Shown here: positions 8,776 to 17,554 of the stretch, one piece after another | How positions within the stretch are numbered: the stretch's first letter is position 1 | Layout: every line of letters starts with the position of its first letter | NCBI GenBank assembly: GCA_965369845.1 | Contig: CBDUSJ010000001.1 | Span: forward strand, 1 to 42,599 | Reading direction: 5' to 3' | DNA length: 42,599 nt | Source: an uncultured bacterium | GTDB lineage: Bacteria > Bacteroidota > Bacteroidia > Bacteroidales > 4484-276 | Position numbers and translations under genes: made by a program | The notes under the pieces: generated by a model | The model's input: the letters and a program-made list of their open reading frames with translations, nothing else | The model's database searches: none | What the model was told of the DNA's origin: nothing

Positions 8776-10131
8776 ATGAAAAAGAAAAAAGTTATTTTTA
8801 TTGTAGCGCCTCTTATTTTAATTCTGATAATCCTTGCTGTTCTGAAAAGCAAGGGCGTGATTGGAAAAGAAAACAAGATCAAAGTATCAACTGATTTTGT
8901 GAAAAATAGAACACTGATAGAAACCGTTTCGGCGAACGGAAGAATACAACCCGAAACCGAAGTAAAAATATCTCCTTACATATCGGGGGAGGTTGTGGAA
9001 CTGAAAGTTATGGAGGGAGATGAAGTAAAAGAAGGAGATTTGCTTGCAAAAATTGACCCTGAAATATATCTTTCGAATTATGAAAGAATGGAAGCAGGCC
9101 TTCAGTCGCAAAAGGCAAGTTTGGCAAATTCAAAAGCCCGTCTTGCACAGTCAAAGGCTCAATATGTCAACGCCGAATTATCTTTCAAACGAAATGAAAA
9201 ATTATGGAAACAGAAGGTAATTTCAGATGCAGATTATGATGCGGCAAAATCATCGTTTGAAGTGGCAAAAGCTGAAGTTGAAGCATCAGAAGAAAATGTA
9301 AAAGCTTCGGAATTCCAGGTTAAAAGCGCCGGGGCCTCGTTGAAAGAGGCTCGTGAAAACCTTACCAAAACAGCTATTTATGCTCCTTCCGACGGAACAG
9401 TATCAAAACTTATTATTGAAAAAGGCGAGAGAGTTGCCGGAGCTTCCCAGTTCTCAGGCGGAACCGAGATAATGCGTATTGCCAATCTGAATATAATGGA
9501 AGCAGTGGTAAAAGTTAACGAAAACGACATTGTCAGAGTAAATGCCGGCGATACAAGCCTGATTGAAGTTGACGCTTATCTCAACAGAAAATTTATGGGC
9601 ATTGTTACCGAAATTGCCACCTCTGCAGATGTAACCGGCGTTAGCGCCGATCAGGTAACAAATTTCGAAGTTAAAATACGAATCCTCAAAAACTCATACA
9701 AAGACCTGATACCTGAAAACATGCCGAATTATTCGCCTTTCAGGCCAGGCATGTCAACCACTGTCGATATTCAGACGGAAACAGAATATGATATTCTCAC
9801 AATTCCGATCCAGGCTGTAACCACACGTGCCGACAGCACGGGAAAATCCGTTAGAAAAAAAATCGACAGCGAACAGGCTAAACCGGATGAAGAAGAAAAC
9901 GAAAAAGTAGAATCCGATATAAAAGAATACGTTTTCCGTTACGAAGACGGAGTTGCCGTTTTGGTTAAAGTGAAATCCGGAATTCAGAACAATACCTACA
10001 TTCAGATATTAGAAGGACTTGAAGACGGTGAAGAAATAATCGTAGGGCCTTACAGGGCTGTATCGAGAACTCTCAAAAACAACGATAAAGTTAAAGTTGT
10101 TTCAAAAAAAGAACTGTTTGAGGAGGATTAA
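8776..10131 (+). CDS. Efflux transporter periplasmic adaptor subunit (HlyD/MacA-like membrane fusion protein)
   Basis: N-terminal TM anchor, a biotinyl-lipoyl-like segment (ISGEVVELKVMEGDEVKEGDLLAKID), a long coiled-coil hairpin, and a beta-barrel region (IYAPSDGTVS). Confidence 0.85.
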   Translation: MKKKKVIFIVAPLILILIILAVLKSKGVIGKENKIKVSTDFVKNRTLIETVSANGRIQPETEVKISPYISGEVVELKVMEGDEVKEGDLLAKIDPEIYLSNYERMEAGLQSQKASLANSKARLAQSKAQYVNAELSFKRNEKLWKQKVISDADYDAAKSSFEVAKAEVEASEENVKASEFQVKSAGASLKEARENLTKTAIYAPSDGTVSKLIIEKGERVAGASQFSGGTEIMRIANLNIMEAVVKVNENDIVRVNAGDTSLIEVDAYLNRKFMGIVTEIATSADVTGVSADQVTNFEVKIRILKNSYKDLIPENMPNYSPFRPGMSTTVDIQTETEYDILTIPIQAVTTRADSTGKSVRKKIDSEQAKPDEEENEKVESDIKEYVFRYEDGVAVLVKVKSGIQNNTYIQILEGLEDGEEIIVGPYRAVSRTLKNNDKVKVVSKKELFEED

Positions 10132-10324
10132 AGCGCCGATTTTAAATTACCAATAAATTCTGAATGACTAAAACTTATTGCTATAGTAAAATTTTTGTGG
10201 TAAAATTAGCGATTTTATAGATTTTAAAAAGAAAAGTAATGAAGATATTATCAATGCGTTTATATTTTATAATAGTGTTAAAGAAATATAAATCACTGTT
10301 TTTTATTTTAAAGAATAATTTTTT

Positions 10325-10440
10325 AGCTGCTAAACTTGTCCGACCATACGTGTGGATGGATGCGCTAATTTATTCTTAAATATTTTTATTTTATAAGTTT
10401 TAAATTAGCGAATCCATACGGACAAGTTTCGCGGCTTTTT
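10325..10440 (+). terminator. ~112-nt imperfect palindrome (two stacked stems plus a 13-nt bulge) followed by T5; terminator and/or MITE-like element
   Basis: The outer stem pairs 10325-10342 with 10419-10436 (18 positions, 1 mismatch, 1 G:T). The inner stem pairs 10356-10372 with 10401-10417 (17 positions, 1 mismatch). T-run at 10436-10440. The right arm shares a 19-mer with 17650-17668. A fragment AAATTAGCGA also occurs at 10203-10212. Confidence 0.6.
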
Positions 10441-10481
10441 AATCTTTTTCCAATTTCACAATAATTTTAGTTAAAATTCCT

Positions 10482-11195
10482 TTGGCAATTATTCTTCATA
10501 TCGAAACTGCAACACAGGTCTGTTCAGTGTCTCTTGCACAGGACGGGCTTTTTATTGCAGGTAAAGAAACCACTGAAAAAAATGCTCACTCAAAAATTCT
10601 TACTTTTTTTATTGATGAAATTCTGAAAGAGAACAATATTTCTCCCCGCAAACTCGATGCCGTTGCAGTAAGCAAAGGCCCCGGTTCATACACCGGTCTG
10701 AGGATTGGCGTTTCAGCAGCAAAAGGACTTTGCTATGCTGTTGACAAGCCCCTGATTTCGGTCAACACATTGCAAGCAATGGCAAATGGAATGAAACAAA
10801 AATTTGTTGATAATTTTTTCGGCAGGAAAGAAAAAATGATTTTTTGCCCGATGATTGATGCCAGGCGGATGGAAGTTTACAATGCATTGTACGATTGCCA
10901 AATCTCTGAAATCCGGAATACTAAGGCGGAAATAATAAACGAAGATTCTTTTTCTGAATATTTAGCTAACAATAAAATATTGTTTTTTGGCGATGGCGCT
11001 CCGAAATGCAAGCCACTGCTTTCACATCAGCAAAATGCAGAATTCTTCGACAACTTTGTAACTTCTGCTAAATATATGATCAGCATGGCATATAAGAAAT
11101 ATCAGGAATCTGAATTTGAAGATATTGCGTATTTCGAACCTTTTTACTTAAAAGATTTTATTGCCGGAATTTCAAAAGTTAAAGGATTAAAGTAG
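10482..11195 (+). CDS. tsaB: tRNA N6-threonylcarbamoyladenosine biosynthesis protein TsaB (YeaZ family)
   Basis: ILHIETATQVCSVSLAQDG and VSKGPGSYTGLRIGVSAAKGL are typical of TsaB. Apparent TTG start. Confidence 0.8.
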   Translation: MAIILHIETATQVCSVSLAQDGLFIAGKETTEKNAHSKILTFFIDEILKENNISPRKLDAVAVSKGPGSYTGLRIGVSAAKGLCYAVDKPLISVNTLQAMANGMKQKFVDNFFGRKEKMIFCPMIDARRMEVYNALYDCQISEIRNTKAEIINEDSFSEYLANNKILFFGDGAPKCKPLLSHQQNAEFFDNFVTSAKYMISMAYKKYQESEFEDIAYFEPFYLKDFIAGISKVKGLK

Positions 11196-11197
11196 GT

Positions 11198-12670
11198 TTA
11201 CAATTTATAACTCAGGCCGGTAAACCACGAAAATGAATAAGGCCTGTATTTCAGATTACTTCCGGGGTTTATAGGAGAAAGAGAATATTTAAACACGGGA
11301 TCCATGCTTATTGATAATTTTGATGATATTGAATATTCCAAGCCGATTCCGACAACGCTGTTAAAAATCATATTATTAATATCTTCGGTAATACCTGTTT
11401 GCAGTTTTTCGCCATCAACCTTAAAATAAGATCTGTTGTTGATTAAAATCCCCGGGCTTAGCCCCCCCATCAGGTTTATTCCAAATTTTTTATTTACCAG
11501 ACGATATTTTACCATCAACGGCACTTCAAGATAATCATAATTCTGAACAAAGGTGCCATTAACAAGATAATCGCCCGCGATGGAGTCTTTAGGACTTGCA
11601 ATCTGCCTGATCATCACCCTTTCAAATTTTTCAGGATTTATTGAAACAGCCCCGCCTGAGGTAGAAAGTTTATAAAGGTATTTACTATCAGGGTCATTAA
11701 AAGCAATTACATCATTGTTTTCCTGTCCTATCCTTGAAAAATACAAACCCGAGGCTATGCTAAATTTATTCGAAACACGATAATCGATGCTCAAACCTCC
11801 TGCTAATGTAAGAATACTTCCTTCGACCTCATTGAAATATTCTTTTGGTATTTCTTCGTCATTTGATGAAATACCGCTTCCGTCTAAGGTCCTGTAAGAA
11901 TAAACCGGGGAGAGCTGCGCTCCCACACTCCAGGTTTTCAAGGTATTATTTTTCTTTGACATACCGGGAATTTTCCCGGCTAATTTGGCCTCATCCTGCT
12001 TTAATAATTCCAAAAGAACATCAGATTCAACAATATTGTGTTCGTTTAACTGTTCATTCCCGGCAACAGTTTCCTTCGCAGGTTGTACTTCGACTTCGAC
12101 AAGCGGCGGCTTGTCAGCAAGTGTTTTATCATCAAAAGTTACCGTTTCTTTTAACTTTGGCTTTTCCTGAATTTCAGAATCAGTTAATGCCGGAATTTCT
12201 TTTACATCCTGACTTTTACTGATATCTGCCGTTGCTTCTTTTTGTATTTGTGATGGTTTTTCACTCTTTTTCTTCTCATCCAAATTTTCACTCTGAATTA
12301 ATCCGGCAGTAAGATTTTTATCTTGTAAATTTAATAATGTCTCGCTTTCTGTATCCTTGTCTTCAATATTGTTTTGGTAAAAAGGATTCTTAACTTCACT
12401 TGTCTCTGATGTTTTTTCATGATGTGTTATTTCAGTAATACCGGTATTGATAACATCCTTCCTGTATTCCGATATAAAATATCCCGATGAAAAAGCAATA
12501 ATTACCAAAACACTTGCTGCTGCGAGTTTAATATATCTGAAACGTCTGATGCGTCTGTTATTCTGTAGAACATCATGCAGCCTGTTCCATGCTCCTTGTG
12601 GTACAGAAATCTTATACCCTAACAGAAAATCTTTAAATAATTTGTCAATATTTTTTCGTTCTTCAGGCAT
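11198..12670 (-). CDS. Anti-sigma-like membrane protein fused to a C-terminal outer-membrane beta-barrel (porin-family) domain
   Basis: Short N-terminal region, one TM helix (YIKLAAASVLVIIAFSSGYFI), a long charged low-complexity linker, and a C-terminus with alternating beta-strand pattern ending in an aromatic-rich tail (FSWFTGLSYKL). I place the start at ATG 12670, which overlaps the sigma gene stop (ATGCCTGA), rather than at the track start 12814. Confidence 0.6.
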   Translation of the reverse strand: MPEERKNIDKLFKDFLLGYKISVPQGAWNRLHDVLQNNRRIRRFRYIKLAAASVLVIIAFSSGYFISEYRKDVINTGITEITHHEKTSETSEVKNPFYQNNIEDKDTESETLLNLQDKNLTAGLIQSENLDEKKKSEKPSQIQKEATADISKSQDVKEIPALTDSEIQEKPKLKETVTFDDKTLADKPPLVEVEVQPAKETVAGNEQLNEHNIVESDVLLELLKQDEAKLAGKIPGMSKKNNTLKTWSVGAQLSPVYSYRTLDGSGISSNDEEIPKEYFNEVEGSILTLAGGLSIDYRVSNKFSIASGLYFSRIGQENNDVIAFNDPDSKYLYKLSTSGGAVSINPEKFERVMIRQIASPKDSIAGDYLVNGTFVQNYDYLEVPLMVKYRLVNKKFGINLMGGLSPGILINNRSYFKVDGEKLQTGITEDINNMIFNSVVGIGLEYSISSKLSISMDPVFKYSLSPINPGSNLKYRPYSFSWFTGLSYKL

Positions 12671-13238
12671 TAATAATTTTTGAAGATAAATAAAAATGTT
12701 TTTCCACTTTCTTTTGAAGTATTGACCTTGCCCTTGAAAGATTAGATTTTGATGTGCCTTCAGATATTCCCAGCATATTTGAAATTTCTTTATGGGAATA
12801 ACCTTCGAGCGCATACATATTAAAAACCATCCGGTACCGTGGAGAGAGTTCCTGTATCAAATGAAGCAGATCATCAGCCGAAATATTACTGATAATGTTC
12901 TCTCTGTCGATGTCCTCAAAAAATTCGTTGTCATCTCCATCCAAAAGATACAAAAGATTTTTCTTCCTGTATTTCTCAAGCGCGGTATTTATCATAATTT
13001 TCCTGACCCAGCCTTTGAGCGAGCCTTTGCCCTTGAATGTTGAAATTTTCTGAAATACTTTTAAAAAACCTTCGTGAAGTGTATCTTCTGCCTCTGTACG
13101 GTTGGGAGAATAATAAATACATACTCCGAACATCTCCTCTGCAAACATATTAAATAATGCCTGTTGAGCATTGTTCTTATTTTTGATACAACCATTTATG
13201 ATATTCTGCAGATCCAAAACCGTTTTTTCAGAGTTCAC
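12663..13238 (-). CDS. ECF-type RNA polymerase sigma-70 family factor
   Basis: Region 2 (FNMFAEEMFGVCIYY...EAEDTLHEGFLKVF) and region 4 HTH (ALEGYSHKEISNMLGISEGTSKSNLSRAR). Confidence 0.9.
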   Translation of the reverse strand: MNSEKTVLDLQNIINGCIKNKNNAQQALFNMFAEEMFGVCIYYSPNRTEAEDTLHEGFLKVFQKISTFKGKGSLKGWVRKIMINTALEKYRKKNLLYLLDGDDNEFFEDIDRENIISNISADDLLHLIQELSPRYRMVFNMYALEGYSHKEISNMLGISEGTSKSNLSRARSILQKKVEKHFYLSSKIINA

Positions 13239-13337
13239 TTATTATTCACTGATTTCCGAATAATCAGTTACAAAGTTAGTCAATAAATCAAAGAACGTTT
13301 GAAAGTATTAATTATTAGATGATAAAATAAAAAAAAT

Positions 13338-13376
13338 GGTTGCGTGAAAAAAAATCAACAAGCACGCAACCTTTTT
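13338..13376. terminator. Bidirectional intrinsic-terminator-like hairpin
   Basis: Perfect 9-bp stem GGTTGCGTG/CACGCAACC with a 16-nt loop. A-run upstream (13327-13336) and T-run downstream (13372-13376). Confidence 0.55.
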
Positions 13377-13422
13377 GATTTATAAATCGTCAATATGTTA
13401 TAATTCTAACAGCAATAAAAAA

Positions 13423-13575
13423 ATGAAAAGTGTAAGAAGTCTGTTTTTAAATTTAAGTAGGATCCAACTTTTTAATGCTAACTCAAAAGCCACTATTTAC
13501 TTATTAATTCTTGCTTTCATAATTCTACTTCTGGCAGCCGAAAATATAATAAAGCAAACTTTCGTTTCATTATAA
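13423..13575 (+). CDS. Possible small (50 aa) single-TM protein between two terminator-like hairpins
   Basis: MKSVRSLFLNLSRIQLFNANSKATIYLLILAFIILLLAAENIIKQTFVSL contains one hydrophobic helix. I recognise no homology, and it may be non-coding. Confidence 0.2.
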   Translation: MKSVRSLFLNLSRIQLFNANSKATIYLLILAFIILLLAAENIIKQTFVSL

Positions 13576-13656
13576 ATAAATAATAATTGTTTCAGGATAA
13601 AGTTTTTTTCATGATTTTTTTTTAAGTTAATCAATTGGTTTGATTGTAAAATAAAA

Positions 13657-13696
13657 AGAGGTTGATATTTTTTATCAGCCTCTTTTGTTTTTTTTA
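13657..13696 (+). terminator. Intrinsic-terminator-like hairpin with a long T tract
   Basis: 10-bp stem AGAGGTTGAT/ATCAGCCTCT (one G:T), 7-nt loop, followed by TTTGTTTTTTTT. Confidence 0.55.
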
Positions 13697-13697
13697 A

Positions 13698-13705
13698 TAT
13701 TTTTG
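13698..13705 (+). promoter_or_regulatory. Bacteroidota -7-like promoter motif TAnnTTTG (TATTTTTG) upstream of the crotonase gene
   Basis: Motif read at 13698-13705. The ATG at 13726 is about 20 nt downstream. Confidence 0.4.
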
Positions 13706-13725
13706 TTCAAAAATTTAACAGCTTT

Positions 13726-14505
13726 ATGGAATATACAATTTTAAAATTAGATGTTGAAGATGGAATTGCAATTGTTACCATCAGCCTCCCAAAGGCTATG
13801 AATGCACTGAACACACGGTTTTTTCACGAGATGGGCTATCTTATTTCCGAGATAAACAAGAAGCCGGAGGTAAAAGTTATGATAATTACAGGCGAAGGGA
13901 AGGCATTTGTTGCCGGCGCTGATATTGCCGAAATGGTTGATAAAAATTCTGAGGAGGGGTCGGCATTTTCGCGGCTTGGGCAAAATGTTTTCAGAAATCT
14001 TGAAAAAATGGAAATACCGGTGATTGCAGCCATTAATGGTTATGCGCTTGGCGGAGGACTTGAACTAACTATGGGATGCGATTTCAGGATTGCAAGCTCA
14101 AAAGCAAAATTCGGGCAGCCCGAGGTTAACCTGGGACTTATTCCGGGATATGCCGGAACTCAGCGGCTTCCACGCCTTGTCGGACTGGCAAACGCCCTCT
14201 ACCTGCTTATGACAGCAGAAATGATTGATGCCGGCGAAGCCCTCCGTATCGGACTGATACAAAAAATAACCGAACCTGAAAATCTAATGGATGAAGTTAA
14301 AAAAATCGCAAAGACGATAATTTCAAAAGGGCCGTTAGCCGTAAAAAAAATTAAAGCCGTAACACGCCAAGGTATGATGAGCAGTTTTGATGATGGTTGC
14401 GAACTCGAATCGAAAGAGTTCGGATCGCTGTTCGGAAAAGGCAATGAAGGAGAAACCGGAATGAAGGCTTTCCTGAAAAGGGAAAAACCGGCATGGAATA
14501 AATAA
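13726..14505 (+). CDS. Enoyl-CoA hydratase (crotonase family)
   Basis: KAFVAGADIAEM, AAINGYALGGGLELTMGCDFRIA and FGQPEVNLGLIPGYAGTQRLPRLVG are crotonase-fold signatures. Confidence 0.9.
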   Translation: MEYTILKLDVEDGIAIVTISLPKAMNALNTRFFHEMGYLISEINKKPEVKVMIITGEGKAFVAGADIAEMVDKNSEEGSAFSRLGQNVFRNLEKMEIPVIAAINGYALGGGLELTMGCDFRIASSKAKFGQPEVNLGLIPGYAGTQRLPRLVGLANALYLLMTAEMIDAGEALRIGLIQKITEPENLMDEVKKIAKTIISKGPLAVKKIKAVTRQGMMSSFDDGCELESKEFGSLFGKGNEGETGMKAFLKREKPAWNK

Positions 14506-14557
14506 TTTTAGAAATGAAATATTATTATAAAAAATTTATAATCTAACCTAATAAAAT

Positions 14558-15895
14558 ATGACATACGACGAACGATTACAAAAAGTAAGTGTGCTGGGCG
14601 CTGCCGGAAAAATGGGCAGCGGAATATTGTTGTTAACAGCAGTGGAAATGGCTGACCTTAGCCTGAAACCAGAAAATAAGGATAAAATGTTTGTTCTGAA
14701 CGCTATCGACATTTCAGAGGAATTATTATCTGGATTGATGAAATACCTGAGAACACAGGTAAAAAAGATTGCTGAAAAAAAAATGGTCTGGCTGAGACAT
14801 GTATATGCCCACCGTGACGACCTGGTTGAAAACAGTGAAATTCTGGATGAATACATTTTTGACGTATTGAACATCGTACGGCCGGTTACAACTATTGAAT
14901 CGGCATATAATTCTCACTTGGTGTTTGAGGCTGTAAGCGAAAACCTGAATGTCAAAAAAATGTTACTGTCAAAGATAAATCAGAACAATCCGGCAAAGCC
15001 ATGGTTCTTTACAAACACCTCCTCCATCCCAATTCATGTAATTGATGAAACGGCAGGACTTGAAAGCAGAATACTGGGCTTCCATTTTTATAATCCCCCT
15101 GCAGTTCAAAGACTTGTTGAATTGATAACTATCGACAAAAACAGCCCGGAGATGATTGAGTTTGCTCGTTTGTATGCCAAACATCTTAAAAAGAAAATTG
15201 TGCCTGCTAACGATATTGCAGGTTTCATCGGCAATGGCCATTTTATGCGCGATGCGCTTCATGGTATTCAGGAAGTTAAAAATCTTCAAAACGAATATTC
15301 CTTCGCCGAATCGCTTTATATGATAAATAAAGTTTCGCAGGATTTTTTAATCCGTCCGATGGGCATTTTTCAGTTGATAGATTATGTTGGAATAGATGTG
15401 GTCAGGTTTATTATGAATGTTATGAACCCATACCAGGAAAGCGAAGACCTGCACAGTGATTTACTTGATAGACTTTTTGATATGGGTGTGAAAGGTGGCC
15501 AAAAATCCGACGGCTCGCAAAAAGACGGTTTACTAAGATATGAAAAAGGCAAGCCTGTGGCAATTTATGACCCGGATAAAAAAGATTATGTTCTTATCGA
15601 AAATATCAAAAATAAATGTGATGAAAAACTCGGCGCCATCCCAGAATCATACAAACCGTGGAAAGCGGTTAATTTTAGCAAAAACAAAAATGATGTGCTG
15701 GAAACCTATTTTAATGAATTGAACAATATGAAAACGCCTGGCGCTGAATTAGCAAAAAAATACAATGCCCGTTCAAATGAAATTGGTAAACAACTTGTCA
15801 GCAGCGGAGTTGCCAACAGCGATGAAGACGTAAATACGGTAATGCTTACGGGATTTTTCCATGCTTATGGACCTATTAATAATTATTTAAAATAA
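14558..15895 (+). CDS. 3-hydroxyacyl-CoA dehydrogenase family protein (long, 445 aa form)
   Basis: N-terminal Rossmann motif VLGAAGKMGSG. FHFYNPPAVQRLVELI is typical of the 3HCDH NAD-binding domain. Has an extended C-terminal region. Confidence 0.75.
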   Translation: MTYDERLQKVSVLGAAGKMGSGILLLTAVEMADLSLKPENKDKMFVLNAIDISEELLSGLMKYLRTQVKKIAEKKMVWLRHVYAHRDDLVENSEILDEYIFDVLNIVRPVTTIESAYNSHLVFEAVSENLNVKKMLLSKINQNNPAKPWFFTNTSSIPIHVIDETAGLESRILGFHFYNPPAVQRLVELITIDKNSPEMIEFARLYAKHLKKKIVPANDIAGFIGNGHFMRDALHGIQEVKNLQNEYSFAESLYMINKVSQDFLIRPMGIFQLIDYVGIDVVRFIMNVMNPYQESEDLHSDLLDRLFDMGVKGGQKSDGSQKDGLLRYEKGKPVAIYDPDKKDYVLIENIKNKCDEKLGAIPESYKPWKAVNFSKNKNDVLETYFNELNNMKTPGAELAKKYNARSNEIGKQLVSSGVANSDEDVNTVMLTGFFHAYGPINNYLK

Positions 15896-15908
15896 GGAGA
15901 AAATACAA

Positions 15909-17156
15909 ATGAAAAAAATGAGAAGAAAAATATATATGGCAGCCGGATATAACACAATTTCACTTGGAACCGGAAGAAAAGAATTTAATCCGAAAAAGCC
16001 GAGGCCCGGACTTGAACATTACATGAAAGAAGCGGGGAAAAGCACCTTAAAACAAATAGGCGGAGCTGATAATGTTGATGAAAGTGTTGTTGGGAATTTT
16101 ATGTGTAGCCGTTTTAACCGGCAGGGCCATTTAGCAGGATTGATACCGATGATAGACGAAAAACTGAAATTCAAACCAAGCATCAGGGTTGAGGCTGCTT
16201 GCGCCTCCGGCGGCATGGCGCTGATTACCGGAATGAAATCAATTCTTGCAGATTTAGCCGACACTGTACTGGCAGTAGGTGTGGAAGTCCAGAACACAAT
16301 GAAAGCAATTTACGGAGCCGATGTATTGGCCGGCGCCGGATGGTACCAAAAAAGAAAAAACGGCCATGCATACTTTTTCCCCGGGCAATTCAGCGACCGT
16401 GCAGGAGCTTACTTTGAAAAATTTGGTCGCGAGAGAACACGAAAAGGCTTTGCGCGCTGGTACCGGAATGCTATCGAAAATGCCCGTCTCTGCCCCACCG
16501 CCCAGGAATATCACAATACAACAAAAGATCCTGAAACCTTGTCGTTCAACATGGAGCCCAACGGTGAGAAGTTTGTCGATTATCTGAATGTCCTCGACTG
16601 CTCCAAGGTTTCTGACGCTGCTTCTGCTATTGCTATTCTTTCAGAAGAAGGGCTTAAAAAATGTGGCATTGATAAAAAAGACGCAGTTGAAGTTATTGGA
16701 TTTGCCACTTCAGAACGTGATATTACTAAAGACCCGGATGATTTTACAGTGGTGGAAACTATTAAAGATGCTGCCCATAAAGCTCTGAATAATGCAGGTA
16801 TCACGATCCACGATCTTGCCACCATCGAAACACACGATTGTTTTACAATAGCAGGCGTACTCGCTGTTGAGGCTTTTGGATTCGCCAAACACGGAGAAGG
16901 CGCCGATTTTATTGCTGCCGGAAATACTGCGAGAGATGGGAAAATTCCATTTAACACAACCGGCGGCCTTATCGGCTGGGGGCATCCGACAGGCGGAACA
17001 GGAGTGCACCAGGCAGTAACTATGTGGGAACAACTCACCGGAAAAACGGGTGATGCGCAAATAGAAATCCCGGAAAACAAACCTTATGGCATGACAGTCA
17101 ATATGGGGGGCGATGATGGAAGTGTTGTGGCGATTGTTTATAAAAAGATTTTATAA
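15909..17156 (+). CDS. Thiolase-family protein (SCP-x / non-specific thiolase-like acetyl-CoA acyltransferase)
   Basis: Active-site Cys context VEAACASGGMAL, HDCFTIAG, and GGLIGWGHPTGGTG. Confidence 0.8.
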   Translation: MKKMRRKIYMAAGYNTISLGTGRKEFNPKKPRPGLEHYMKEAGKSTLKQIGGADNVDESVVGNFMCSRFNRQGHLAGLIPMIDEKLKFKPSIRVEAACASGGMALITGMKSILADLADTVLAVGVEVQNTMKAIYGADVLAGAGWYQKRKNGHAYFFPGQFSDRAGAYFEKFGRERTRKGFARWYRNAIENARLCPTAQEYHNTTKDPETLSFNMEPNGEKFVDYLNVLDCSKVSDAASAIAILSEEGLKKCGIDKKDAVEVIGFATSERDITKDPDDFTVVETIKDAAHKALNNAGITIHDLATIETHDCFTIAGVLAVEAFGFAKHGEGADFIAAGNTARDGKIPFNTTGGLIGWGHPTGGTGVHQAVTMWEQLTGKTGDAQIEIPENKPYGMTVNMGGDDGSVVAIVYKKIL

Positions 17157-17225
17157 CTGAACCGGAAAATATTTTCCACAGCATAAAGTGGAAAAACGAC
17201 AATATTATCATACTTGTTAAAATTT

Positions 17226-17495
17226 TCAAGTGAGATACGAACTCCTGTTTTCAACAGGAATATTATAGTATGCTGAAAGGTTACGACATATTTCATCAGG
17301 ATTTATGTCGGCCTGAAAAAATTGATGAACCGCTTTGTCGGATTCAAAATTTATTTCAAGAAAATATGGAAACCCCTTACCCAATTTTCTTATCGAGTAT
17401 GTTTTACCAACCTGCCTTGCGCCTCTCAGTAAAAGAACCTTTCGGTCGTCACGGTTTTTCCATTGTACTAAATATTTGTCAATAAACCTATCCAT
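17226..17495 (-). pseudogene. 5' fragment of an AAA-family ATPase (AAA_14/DUF4143-type); only ~89 of ~390 expected codons remain
   Basis: MDRFIDKYLVQWKNRDDRKVLLLRGARQVGKTYSIRKLG contains the Walker A motif. The ORF stops early, and only ~70 bp separate it from the convergent thiolase gene, so the rest is deleted. Confidence 0.65.
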
Positions 17496-17554
17496 ATAAG
17501 CTCGTTCTTTTTATAAAATTAAAAATAGAAATTTAATACTAACATACATTTTTA

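Noticed and set aside
12671-12814. Long N-terminal extension of the anti-sigma-like ORF (track start 12814)
   Set aside because: It would overlap the sigma factor gene by ~150 nt in another frame. ATG 12670 gives the typical 8-nt overlap and a sensible N-terminus (MPEERKNIDKLF).
16580-17080. 166-aa antisense ORF inside the thiolase gene, plus similar shadow ORFs (for example 27344-27742, 29472-29849, 32385-32756, 36725-37141, 11845-12222)
   Set aside because: They lie opposite or out of frame within well-supported conserved genes. They have low-complexity or Cys/Ser/Pro-rich composition and no recognisable motifs. These are typical shadow ORFs.
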